DNA of 64,000 nucleotides from Escherichia coli (GTDB lineage Bacteria; Pseudomonadota; Gammaproteobacteria; Enterobacterales; Enterobacteriaceae): NCBI RefSeq assembly GCF_013315695.1, contig NZ_CP054353.1; one strand, 5' to 3'. Shown piece by piece: positions 35,609 to 42,980 of this stretch (position 1 is its first letter; each line of letters starts with the position of its first letter). The notes under the pieces were generated by a model. It saw only the letters and a program-made list of their open reading frames with translations, ran no database searches and was not told where the DNA came from. The position numbers and the translations under genes were made by a program.

Positions 35609-36423
35609 GTATGGAGTTGATGGTTAAAGCGATGAAAATTCGAGTGGGAAATCCATTGCGAAAACTGGTTCTGATTAAGCTGGCTGATAATGCCAGCGAT
35701 CAGGGTGAGTGCTGGCCCAGCTACCAGCATATTGCTGACCAGTGCGAGATTAGCAAACGTTCTGTGATGAATCATATTGCGGCCCTTTGTGAGTCCGGGC
35801 TGGTAAAAAAAGTCACCCGGAAAGGTGAAAAAGGTAACTCAAGTAATATCTATCTCCTTCATCTTGATGGTGCAGGAGATTCACTAGGGGGTAGTGCAAA
35901 TAATTCACTATCTGGTGCAGCAAATTCACCAGGTAGTGCAGGAGTTGCACCAGGGGGTAGTGCAGGAGATTCACCCAGAACCAGTCACTCTTTTGAACCA
36001 GTCAAAGAACCAGTCAATGAACCAATAGCTGTTGGTGCATCTGCTGATGAGTCTGTGCGAGTTCGTTCAAACCGACCGGAATACTCTCCGGAGTTTGAGC
36101 AGGCATGGCTGGCCTATCCAAAACGTGCTGGTGGCAATTCAAAATCTGCAGCCTTCAAAGCCTGGAAAGCCCGTTTGAATGAGGGGGTAAACCCCGAAAC
36201 CATGCTGGAAGGTGTGAAACGCTACGCGGGCTGGGTATCTGCGATGGGTAACAGCGGCACACAATTTGTGAAACAGGCTGTCACGTTCTTTGGCCCGGAT
36301 CGTCATTTCGAAGAATCCTGGGAAGTTCCTGCGGTATCTGCAGTCAGACGCGAGGACCCGTACTTCAAAGCCAGTTACGACAACGTGGACTACAGCCAGA
36401 TCCCGGAAGGATTCAGGGGGTGA
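35605..36423 (+). CDS. replication initiator (O-like) with N-terminal winged-helix domain and internal iterons
   Basis: N-terminus LRKLVLIKLADNASDQGECWPSYQHIADQCEISKRSVMNHIAALCESGLVKK (HTH_36-like). Low-complexity G/S/A linker encoded by the iterons. In the position of lambda O. Confidence 0.7.
   Translation: MSMELMVKAMKIRVGNPLRKLVLIKLADNASDQGECWPSYQHIADQCEISKRSVMNHIAALCESGLVKKVTRKGEKGNSSNIYLLHLDGAGDSLGGSANNSLSGAANSPGSAGVAPGGSAGDSPRTSHSFEPVKEPVNEPIAVGASADESVRVRSNRPEYSPEFEQAWLAYPKRAGGNSKSAAFKAWKARLNEGVNPETMLEGVKRYAGWVSAMGNSGTQFVKQAVTFFGPDRHFEESWEVPAVSAVRREDPYFKASYDNVDYSQIPEGFRG
35869..35975 (+). repeat. five iterons, probable phage ori
   Basis: GGTGCAGGAGATTCAC (35869), GTAGTGCAAATAATTCAC (35891), GGTGCAGCAAATTCACC (35914), GGTAGTGCAGGAGTTGCACC (35932), GGTAGTGCAGGAGATTCACC (35956). 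They lie inside the initiator gene, as lambda ori lies in O. Confidence 0.6.
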
Positions 36424-36425
36424 TC

Positions 36426-36914
36426 ATGAGTCTTTTGAATGAAGTTCAGAAATTCATTGAAGCCCATCCGGGCTGTACTTCCGGAGACATTGCGGATGCT
36501 TTTGCTGGTTACTCACGGCAGCGCGTTCTGCAGTCAGCAAGCAAGTTACGTCAGAGTGGGCGTGTGGCTCACCGTTGTGAAGGAGATACACGCAGACATT
36601 TCCCACGCCTGACTGAGAGAGCGCAGGATCCGGAACCACAACCAGTTCGTGAAACCAGACCTGTGCGCAATTTCTATGTCGGCACTAACGATCCCCGTGT
36701 GATTTTGTGCCTGACCCGCCAGGCTGAAGAACTGGAGTCCAGGGGCTTATACCGTCGTGCTGCAACGGTGTGGATGGCGGCATTCCGTGAAAGCCACTCC
36801 CAGCCAGAACGAAACAATTTTCTGGCACGTCGTGAGCGGTGCTTACGGAAAAGCAGCAAGCGCGCTGCATCGGGTGAAGAGTGGTATCTGTCAGGGAATT
36901 TCGTGGGGGCTTAA
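36426..36914 (+). CDS. hypothetical protein with N-terminal winged-helix-like part and PerC-like C-terminal motif
   Basis: ...AEELESRGLYRRAATVWMAAFRESHSQPERNNFLARRERCLR resembles the PerC-family signature (from memory). Occupies the position of lambda P, but no helicase-loader similarity was recognised. Confidence 0.45.
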   Translation: MSLLNEVQKFIEAHPGCTSGDIADAFAGYSRQRVLQSASKLRQSGRVAHRCEGDTRRHFPRLTERAQDPEPQPVRETRPVRNFYVGTNDPRVILCLTRQAEELESRGLYRRAATVWMAAFRESHSQPERNNFLARRERCLRKSSKRAASGEEWYLSGNFVGA

Positions 36915-37567
36915 TGAGTAATAAATATTGCCAGGCGCTGGTGGAACTGCGGAACAAACCAGCCCATGAACTGAAGGAAGTGGGCGATCAGTGGCGCACG
37001 CCGGACAACATTTTCTGGGGAATTAACACCCTGTTTGGCCCGTTTGTTCTGGATCTGTTCACTGACGGTGATAACGCCAAATGTGCTGCGTATTACACTG
37101 CGGAAGACAACGCGCTGGCGCATGACTGGTCTGAACGTCTTGCGGAGCTTAAAGGTGCTGCCTTTGGTAATCCCCCGTACAGCCGCGCCAGTCAGCATGA
37201 GGGGCAATACATCACCGGCATGCGTTACATCATGAAACATGCCAGTGCCATGCGTGATAAAGGCGGGCGCTATGTTTTCCTGATCAAAGCTGCCACCAGC
37301 GAAGTGTGGTGGCCGGAAGATGCAGATCATATTGCTTTTATTCGCGGGCGTATTGGTTTTGAACTGCCTGCCTGGTTTATCCCGAAAGACGAAAAGCAGG
37401 TGCCAACAGGTGCTTTCTTCGCTGGTGCTATTGCTGTTTTCGACAAGACCTGGAAGGGACCGGCAATCAGCTACATAGGGCGCGATGAACTTGAGGCATG
37501 TGGTGAGGCGTTTCTGGCGCAGGTTCGCCAGCAGGCGGAAAAACTGGTCAGGGAGATGGCGGCATGA
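36914..37567 (+). CDS. phage N6-adenine DNA methyltransferase (Dam-like)
   Basis: Start taken at MSNKYCQALVELRNKPAHE...WRTPDNIFWGI...FGNPPYS (NPPY catalytic motif). Confidence 0.8.
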   Translation: MSNKYCQALVELRNKPAHELKEVGDQWRTPDNIFWGINTLFGPFVLDLFTDGDNAKCAAYYTAEDNALAHDWSERLAELKGAAFGNPPYSRASQHEGQYITGMRYIMKHASAMRDKGGRYVFLIKAATSEVWWPEDADHIAFIRGRIGFELPAWFIPKDEKQVPTGAFFAGAIAVFDKTWKGPAISYIGRDELEACGEAFLAQVRQQAEKLVREMAA

Positions 37568-37890
37568 CGACGTTAACTCAATGCCAGCAGCAGGTGCTGG
37601 ATATGCTGATTTCTTATCAGAAAGAACGTGGCTTCCCGCCAACCAATCAGGAGGTGGCAACCATGCTGGGATACCGTTCGGTGAATGCAGCGGTGGAGCA
37701 TCTTCGCGCACTGGAGAAAAAAGGCGTCATCACGATAAAGCGTGGCGTGGCCCGGGGGATAACGCTTCATACTGCGATGAAGGACGACGACAGCGAGGCG
37801 GTCGGGATTATCCGCGCACTGCTTGCCGGTGAGGAAAACGCAAGGCTGCGTGCAACCCACTGGTTACATGAGAGGGGCCTGAAAGTATGA
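37564..37890 (+). CDS. LexA N-terminal DNA-binding-domain-only protein (108 aa)
   Basis: LTQCQQQVLDMLISYQKERGFPPTNQEVATMLGYRSVNAAVEHLRALEKKGVITIKRGVARGITL aligns with LexA residues ~5-70, including the recognition helix. No cleavage site and no S24 domain. Confidence 0.7.
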   Translation: MTTLTQCQQQVLDMLISYQKERGFPPTNQEVATMLGYRSVNAAVEHLRALEKKGVITIKRGVARGITLHTAMKDDDSEAVGIIRALLAGEENARLRATHWLHERGLKV

Positions 37891-38282
37891 AGCTAATACT
37901 GCCTTTTCCGCCCAGCGTGAACACGTACTGGCGACACCCCAACAAAGGGGCGTTTGCTGGTAAGAGCCTGATAAGCGCGGCGGGGCGAAAATTCCAGAGC
38001 GCGGCGTGTGCAGCAATAGTTGAGCAGTTACGTCGTCTGCCGAAACCAACGTCGGCACCTGCTTCAGTGGAGATCGTGTTGTTTCCTCCGGATAACCGGA
38101 TCCGCGATCTGGACAACTATAACAAGGCGCTGTTTGACGCCCTGACCCACGCGGGTGTGTGGGAAGACGACAGTCAGGTGAAAAGAATGCTGGTGGAGTG
38201 GGGACCGGTTATCCCGGAGGGGAAGGTCGAGATCACTATCAGTAAGTACGAAAAAGCGAGTTGCAAATTAGCAACTCGGTAA
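37887..38282 (+). CDS. rusA: RusA-family Holliday junction resolvase
   Basis: MKLILPFPPSVNTYWRH...RIRDLDNYNKALFDALTHAGVWEDDSQV is the RusA signature (D-x-D-N, catalytic Asp residues). Confidence 0.85.
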   Translation: MKLILPFPPSVNTYWRHPNKGAFAGKSLISAAGRKFQSAACAAIVEQLRRLPKPTSAPASVEIVLFPPDNRIRDLDNYNKALFDALTHAGVWEDDSQVKRMLVEWGPVIPEGKVEITISKYEKASCKLATR

Positions 38283-38327
38283 CGGAATTGAGCAACACCC
38301 TAAATTTGGGTATTACCTCGTTAAAGA

Positions 38328-38347
38328 TACTGTATTTATGAACAGTG
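38328..38347. promoter_or_regulatory. LexA (SOS) box upstream of the KilA-N gene
   Basis: TACTGTATTTATGAACAGTG fits CTGT-N8-ACAG and matches 16/20 of TACTGTATATATATACAGTA. In a low-GC intergenic region. A possible promoter TTGATA-17-TAAGTT lies just downstream (38353-38381). Confidence 0.6.
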
Positions 38348-38444
38348 TATCCTTGATAACTATTAAAAATCGCAGTAAGTTCATCCTGCATCAACGAAAA
38401 GGGAGTGCAGTCCCGCTCGTGGATAAAAATTTGTGGAGAAACCA

Positions 38445-39260
38445 ATGAATCAGTTGCTTGTAATTGATGGCGTTTCTGTGCGCCAGTACTTCGAATCTAA
38501 CTACTGTCTTAACGACCTTCAGAAAGCTGCTCTTCTTGCCGCTGGTGAGAATCGCTCCTCCCGTTCGCTGGAAGTTCACGAGTTTATGCGTCGTCCTGAA
38601 ACGAAGGCTCTTGTGGAATTATTGGAAGAAGAAACTACGGGAGATTCCCGTAGTATTCCTGTCATCACCATTCAGGGGCGCAATGGTGGGACGTATGTCT
38701 GTAAAGAGCTGGTCTATGCATATGCAATGTGGATCAGCCCGGCATTCAGCTTAAAAGTGATACGTACTTTTGATGCGCTTCATAATTCATCACCAGAAGA
38801 AACCACATCCGACAAAATTAAATCCGGGGTCATTCTGCTTGAATCAGCAGCAAAGACTCTAAATCTGTCAAACTCCTCGAAACTTGGTGCATACCAGAAA
38901 TTATCAAAGGTAGCTGGTCTTCCTGAACTTATGCCGATCTATGCCATTGATGCACCTGCTGATGCGCCAGATGGTTCAAGCCGCCCTACGCTGTCGCTGA
39001 GTGCACTGCTGAAGCAGTATGGTATCCGCCTGACGGCTAATCAGGCATATCACCAGATGGCGAAGCTGGGGATCGTTGAACAACGCGAACGATACAGCCG
39101 TACCGCGATTAACAACATCAAAAAATTCTGGTCGCTGACCGCGAAAGGCTGCATGTTCGGCAAGAACATCACCAGTCCTGCAAATCCGCGCGAGACGCAG
39201 CCGCATTTCTTCGAATCCCGATTTCCTGAGCTGTTAAAGCTGCTCGATACCGTTCATTGA
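38445..39260 (+). CDS. KilA-N domain protein (antirepressor-class), 271 aa
   Basis: ORF 38433-39260. Start taken at MNQLLVIDGVSVRQYF behind GGAG. KilA-N pattern ...YCLNDLQKA...GRNGGTYVCKELVYAYAMWISPAFSLKVIRTFD. Confidence 0.7.
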   Translation: MNQLLVIDGVSVRQYFESNYCLNDLQKAALLAAGENRSSRSLEVHEFMRRPETKALVELLEEETTGDSRSIPVITIQGRNGGTYVCKELVYAYAMWISPAFSLKVIRTFDALHNSSPEETTSDKIKSGVILLESAAKTLNLSNSSKLGAYQKLSKVAGLPELMPIYAIDAPADAPDGSSRPTLSLSALLKQYGIRLTANQAYHQMAKLGIVEQRERYSRTAINNIKKFWSLTAKGCMFGKNITSPANPRETQPHFFESRFPELLKLLDTVH

Positions 39261-39261
39261 G

Positions 39262-40257
39262 GTGACTGTGAGAGCACTACTGACCCCTGAAATTGCCCCG
39301 CGTATGGGGATCGTATTGTTCAGGCCAGGTTCAGAGCTGATGCCCCTGTTTATGCAGGGGCGTGTCCTGCTGGAGCCTGAGCCGGAGCGTTATTCATCTT
39401 TCGCCAGTGGTGCCGTTCCGGCGGCATCACAACCGCTGGCGGATGATCCTGCCGTTCGGGCCGTGTTCCGCCATGAGGCAGTGATCCGTCGTGCTGGTGG
39501 CGTGGAATGTCTTGAAAGCTGGTTACTTCGTGAAAAAGGCTGCCAGTGGCCTCATTCCGGATGGCACAGCGAGAACATGACCACAATGCGACACGCTCCG
39601 GGTGCAATCCGTCTGTGCTGGCACTGCGATAACCAGCTGCGCGATCAGTTCACGGAACGGCTGGAATCAATGGCAACGGATAACTGTGCCCGCTGGGTGT
39701 TGTCTGTTGTGCGTCGGGATCTCGGTTTTGATGACAGTCACGTTGTGACAATGCCGGAACTGTGCTGGTGGCTGATTCGTAATGACCTGGCGGATGCCTT
39801 ACCGGAAAGTGCAGCCCGTAAGGCACTGAGATTACCGAAGCCTGTTGTGCCGTCTGTCACCCGGGAAAGTGACCTTGTGCCTTCGGTTCCTGCCACCAGC
39901 ATCATCCAGGATAAAGCGAAAAAGGTGCTGGCGCTGAAAGTGGATCCGGAGTCGCCGGAGTCTTTTATGTTACGCCCCAAACGTCGCCGCTGGGTTAATG
40001 AAAAGTACACGCGCTGGGTTAAGACGCAGCCGTGTGCATGTTGTGGAAAGCCTGCTGATGATCCCCACCACCTGATAGGCCACGGTCAGGGGGGAATGGG
40101 TACAAAAGCGCATGACCTCTTCGTGCTGCCTTTGTGCAGAAAGCATCACGACGAGCTGCATGCGGATACCGTGGCATTTGAAGAGAAGTATGGCTCCCAG
40201 CTGGAGCTGATATTTCGTTTTATCGATCGTGCGCTGGCAATAGGCGTGCTGGCCTGA
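39262..40257 (+). CDS. DUF968-family protein (YdfU-like) with C-terminal HNH-like Cys/His motif
   Basis: ...WVKTQPCACCGKPADDPHHLIGHGQGGMGTKAHDLFVLPLCRKHHDELH... 331 aa. NinR-region position upstream of Q. Confidence 0.7.
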   Translation: MTVRALLTPEIAPRMGIVLFRPGSELMPLFMQGRVLLEPEPERYSSFASGAVPAASQPLADDPAVRAVFRHEAVIRRAGGVECLESWLLREKGCQWPHSGWHSENMTTMRHAPGAIRLCWHCDNQLRDQFTERLESMATDNCARWVLSVVRRDLGFDDSHVVTMPELCWWLIRNDLADALPESAARKALRLPKPVVPSVTRESDLVPSVPATSIIQDKAKKVLALKVDPESPESFMLRPKRRRWVNEKYTRWVKTQPCACCGKPADDPHHLIGHGQGGMGTKAHDLFVLPLCRKHHDELHADTVAFEEKYGSQLELIFRFIDRALAIGVLA

Positions 40258-40274
40258 TTTTGTGGAGAAAGTTG

Positions 40275-40646
40275 ATGCGTGATATTCAAATGGTTCTTGA
40301 ACGTTGGGGGGCATGGGTGGCAAATAATCACGAGGATGTGGAATGGTCATCTGTTGCTGCAGGTTTTAAGGGATTAATTCCTTCGAAAGTAAAATCCCGC
40401 CCGCAATGTAGCGATGACGATGGCCTGATCATTAGCTCTGCGATGACAGTTCTTAAGAAAAAGGAACCGTATCAATACGAATTACTGGAAATGTATTATG
40501 TGTATGGGGTTACATTACGGGTGTTGGGGGTAAAACTGGGGATATCACTTAATCAGGTTGTTATCAGACTGCAGAAAGCTGAAGGGTTTATTGACGGTTG
40601 TCTGGCAATGTTGGGGGTATCTTTAGAAATTGATTGTTACATATAG
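40275..40646 (+). CDS. Q: late-gene antiterminator Q
   Basis: Start taken at MRDIQMVLERWGAWVANNHEDVEWSSVAAGFKGLIPSKVKSRPQCSDDDG...RLQKAEGFIDG. Matches the Phage_antitermQ family (Qin/phage 21-type Q) as I remember it. Confidence 0.8.
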   Translation: MRDIQMVLERWGAWVANNHEDVEWSSVAAGFKGLIPSKVKSRPQCSDDDGLIISSAMTVLKKKEPYQYELLEMYYVYGVTLRVLGVKLGISLNQVVIRLQKAEGFIDGCLAMLGVSLEIDCYI

Positions 40647-40683
40647 TAATAAATTCAATCAAAGTAAATAATCATATTTTATT

Positions 40684-40720
40684 ATAACCTCCTGATGATA
40701 CCTGTTCATTGGGAGGTTAT
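40684..40720 (+). promoter_or_regulatory. hairpin sequestering the Shine-Dalgarno of the 205-aa moron gene
   Basis: ATAACCTCC (40684-40692) pairs perfectly with GGAGGTTAT (40712-40720), with a 19-nt loop. ATG at 40722. Confidence 0.5.
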
Positions 40721-40721
40721 T

Positions 40722-41339
40722 ATGGATAAAAATGTAGAGCATGTATTAGTTGATGCAATTGAAAATAAGCAATCTTTAACAGTCGTTTACTTAGGAGGGA
40801 GCCAGCCCGGAACATTAAGGAATATTTCTCCGATTAGTATAAATGGGGATAAATTGCGGGCAAGATGCCATAGTTCTGGAGCAGTAAAGGTTTTCAATCT
40901 TGGGAAAATACAGTTACCCAGTGACTCCTGCGCGGTATCTATGCACTATGGAGATTTAGAAGTTAAAGCTTATGAGACGATGCAGAGCGTAAATGACAAC
41001 TTTCATGCCCTTTATCCTGAAGGACGATGGGGTGTTGATTTTAATGAGCATCGCTTTGCTTTATTTGATTTTTTTAAAAACGGGAAACGAAAAAAAACGG
41101 CATTTATGGCAATTGAGTTCAGGGAAAGAGATGAAGAGAAAATAATAACAGGTGTAACAATTGATATTGGTATATCTGGAACAGTGATTTCTGAGAAGTC
41201 CCGAATCCCAAAAAGACGACCATGGGTAGTGGTTGGTCCCGAACACGGAGAATACAGTACTTATTCAACTTTGGACAAGGCTGCTACAGCGTTTTTTGAG
41301 AGGCTTTCGTTGATAGCATCCGGCCTGGAAGATAATTGA
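40722..41339 (+). CDS. hypothetical 205-aa protein, N-terminal WYL/SH3-like segment (weak call)
   Basis: ORF 40695-41339. Start taken at MDKNVEHV. LTVVYLGGSQPGTLRNISPISINGDKLRARCHSSGAVKVFNLGKIQL has the spacing of WYL-domain cores. The rest is unrecognised. Low-GC DNA. Confidence 0.5.
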   Translation: MDKNVEHVLVDAIENKQSLTVVYLGGSQPGTLRNISPISINGDKLRARCHSSGAVKVFNLGKIQLPSDSCAVSMHYGDLEVKAYETMQSVNDNFHALYPEGRWGVDFNEHRFALFDFFKNGKRKKTAFMAIEFRERDEEKIITGVTIDIGISGTVISEKSRIPKRRPWVVVGPEHGEYSTYSTLDKAATAFFERLSLIASGLEDN

Positions 41340-41468
41340 TTTTATGTTTGGTATTCAGAGTTCGCCGTGCTTAAGAAAGTCAAGATTCTAAAAATACTGA
41401 ATGAGCTACTTGTGTTATAACAAAAATGCTATTAGTGTGTTAAGAGTGGTTACTTCGCCACACAACTT

Positions 41469-41494
41469 AAACCCGCCACTGAGCGGGTTTTTTG
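41469..41494 (+). terminator. intrinsic terminator
   Basis: ACCCGC-CACTGA-GCGGGT followed by TTTTTT. Confidence 0.7.
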
Positions 41495-41617
41495 TACCTG
41501 TAAACTTGGTGCAGTACAGTAAACACGCTGGTGGTCGTGAATACTGGCTTTTTATCTTGCTGGCTTTTTAGACAAGAGTTATTGGTATGTCACGTTAACC
41601 GGAAAGGGTAAAAAGAC

Positions 41618-41815
41618 ATGCTGAAACAGCAGGATATGACAGAAACCGCCAGAGTTGTGTTTGATGAATTAAGCGTTACCGAACCGGCGACAGTCGGGGA
41701 GATTGCGCAGAATACTTACCTTTCACGCGAACGCTGCCAGTTAATACTGACCCAGCTTGTTATGGCGGGTCTGGCAGACTATCAGTGCGGTTGTTACAGA
41801 CGCCTTCAGTCCTGA
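41618..41815 (+). CDS. hypothetical 65-aa protein, winged-helix-like
   Basis: ...ATVGEIAQNTYLSRERCQLILTQLVMAGLADY looks HTH-like. Followed directly by a strong terminator. Confidence 0.45.
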   Translation: MLKQQDMTETARVVFDELSVTEPATVGEIAQNTYLSRERCQLILTQLVMAGLADYQCGCYRRLQS

Positions 41816-41826
41816 AGGCTTTTTAT
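41802..41826 (+). terminator. intrinsic terminator overlapping the end of the 65-aa ORF
   Basis: GCCTTCAG/CTGAAGGC inverted repeat followed by TTTTTATTT. Confidence 0.7.
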
Positions 41827-41949
41827 TTGTGGTGAATGGGCGGCTGGTGGGGGGGCGACACCTGTCAGTCCTTTGCTTATGTGTTGATGATAATTTACCT
41901 TTTGGGGCTATAATTGAGCTAACCAATTGCTAATGAAAGTAAAATTATA

Positions 41950-42663
41950 ATGGCTGTTGTCTGTTCAGTTATCATGGTTTGCTCCCCAATTAATATTTTT
42001 CTTGAAAAGGATACGTTGTCACTTAAGCCAGGCTCAGTTGTTCTGGCCACCAAATGCATCAGGGAGCTTTTCCTTATGCATTATGGCAAAGTTAAAATTG
42101 TCGATATAAGCGAATCCGTCGTAAGTCAATATCTGGAAAGTCAGCATAAGCTGACGAGGACTCGTCTGACTGACATTCCGCTTTACCTGTTGCTGGAACC
42201 CAACAATCCTGCGTTGGCTGCGGCTTTAATTACCAGCCAGGGATTTTCCGGAGAGGCCACGGATATGTTTCTTATGATGGCCTGCCTGTCTCTGTTTGAA
42301 ACAGATGAACGGATGTCATTGTTTTTAAGTGGATGTTTATCCAGCATAAGTGCCAAAGTCAGGGCGATAATTCAGACAGATATATCAGCAAGCTGGACGC
42401 TTGGTGCGATTGCTCTACAGTTGCATATGAGTGAGAGTTTGTTAAAGACAAAACTGAAAAATGAAGGGGGCATGTTCAGTCGCTTGTTGCTGGAAGAGCG
42501 GATGCGTGTTGCTGTAAATATGTTATGTTCCCGGCATGGATATGGACAGGCTATAGCAGAAAAATGCGGTTATTCAAGCAGGTCCTACTTTATTTCTGTA
42601 TTTCACCGCTATTATGGCTTCCCGCCAGACAGATATGTATCCAGGCAAGGGCTTGATTATTGA
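41950..42663 (+). CDS. AraC/XylS-family transcriptional regulator (prophage moron)
   Basis: C-terminal double HTH (...WTLGAIALQLHMSESLLKTKLKNEGGMFSRLLLEERMRVAVNMLCS...IAEKCGYSSRSYFISVFHRYYGFPP). Start codon uncertain (41950 or 41974). Low-GC DNA. Confidence 0.7.
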   Translation: MAVVCSVIMVCSPINIFLEKDTLSLKPGSVVLATKCIRELFLMHYGKVKIVDISESVVSQYLESQHKLTRTRLTDIPLYLLLEPNNPALAAALITSQGFSGEATDMFLMMACLSLFETDERMSLFLSGCLSSISAKVRAIIQTDISASWTLGAIALQLHMSESLLKTKLKNEGGMFSRLLLEERMRVAVNMLCSRHGYGQAIAEKCGYSSRSYFISVFHRYYGFPPDRYVSRQGLDY

Positions 42664-42691
42664 TTTTCATCTGATTATTATTTTTTGGCTC

Positions 42692-42767
42692 GGCCCTTTA
42701 GCTCAGTGGTGAGAGCGAGCGATTCATAATCGCCAGGTCGCTGGTTCAAATCCAGCAAGGGCCACCA
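42692..42767 (+). tRNA. ileZ: tRNA with CAT anticodon (Met or lysidine-modified Ile2; ileZ-like of Stx phages)
   Basis: Manual fold: acceptor GGCCCTT/AAGGGCC, D arm GCTC...GAGC, anticodon loop TTCATAA, T arm GCTGG-TTCAAAT-CCAGC, encoded CCA. Confidence 0.85.
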
Positions 42768-42774
42768 TCACATA

Positions 42775-42851
42775 CCGCCATTAGCTCATCAGGATAGAGC
42801 GCCAGCCTTCGAAGCTGGTTGCGCGGGGTTCGAGTCCTCGATGGCGGTCCA
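42775..42851 (+). tRNA. argN: tRNA-Arg (TCG)
   Basis: Acceptor CCGCCAT/ATGGCGG, anticodon stem CCAGC/GCTGG with loop CTTCGAA, T loop TTCGAGT, encoded CCA. Confidence 0.85.
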
Positions 42852-42864
42852 TTATCTGTACCCT

Positions 42865-42941
42865 GCGTTATTAGCTCAGCCGGACAGAGCAATTGCCTTC
42901 TAAGCAATCGGTCACTGGTTCGAATCCAGTACAACGCGCCA
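42865..42941 (+). tRNA. argO: tRNA-Arg (TCT), reads rare AGA
   Basis: Acceptor GCGTTAT/ACAACGC (one A-C mismatch), anticodon loop CTTCTAA, T arm ACTGG-TTCGAAT-CCAGT, encoded CCA. Confidence 0.8.
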
Positions 42942-42956
42942 GACTTATTTTTCCCG

Positions 42957-42980
42957 GCTCGCTTTTGCGGGCTTTTTTTT
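42957..42980 (+). terminator. intrinsic terminator after the tRNA cluster
   Basis: GCTCGC-TTTT-GCGGGC (one G-U) followed by eight T. Confidence 0.75.

Noticed and set aside
35869-35975. Short direct repeats as a possible CRISPR array.
   Set aside because: The repeats are contiguous with no spacers, degenerate, and lie inside a replication-initiator gene. They are interpreted as ori iterons. No CRISPR array is seen anywhere in the window.
36911-37711. 266-aa minus-strand ORF.
   Set aside because: It is antisense to the NPPY methyltransferase and LexA-DBD genes, which have clear motifs on the plus strand.
41340-41470. Assignment of the late promoter PR'/qut.
   Set aside because: Several weak -35/-10 combinations exist both right after Q (40647-40720) and before the 41469 terminator. 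None is convincing without knowing the Q-type qut consensus.
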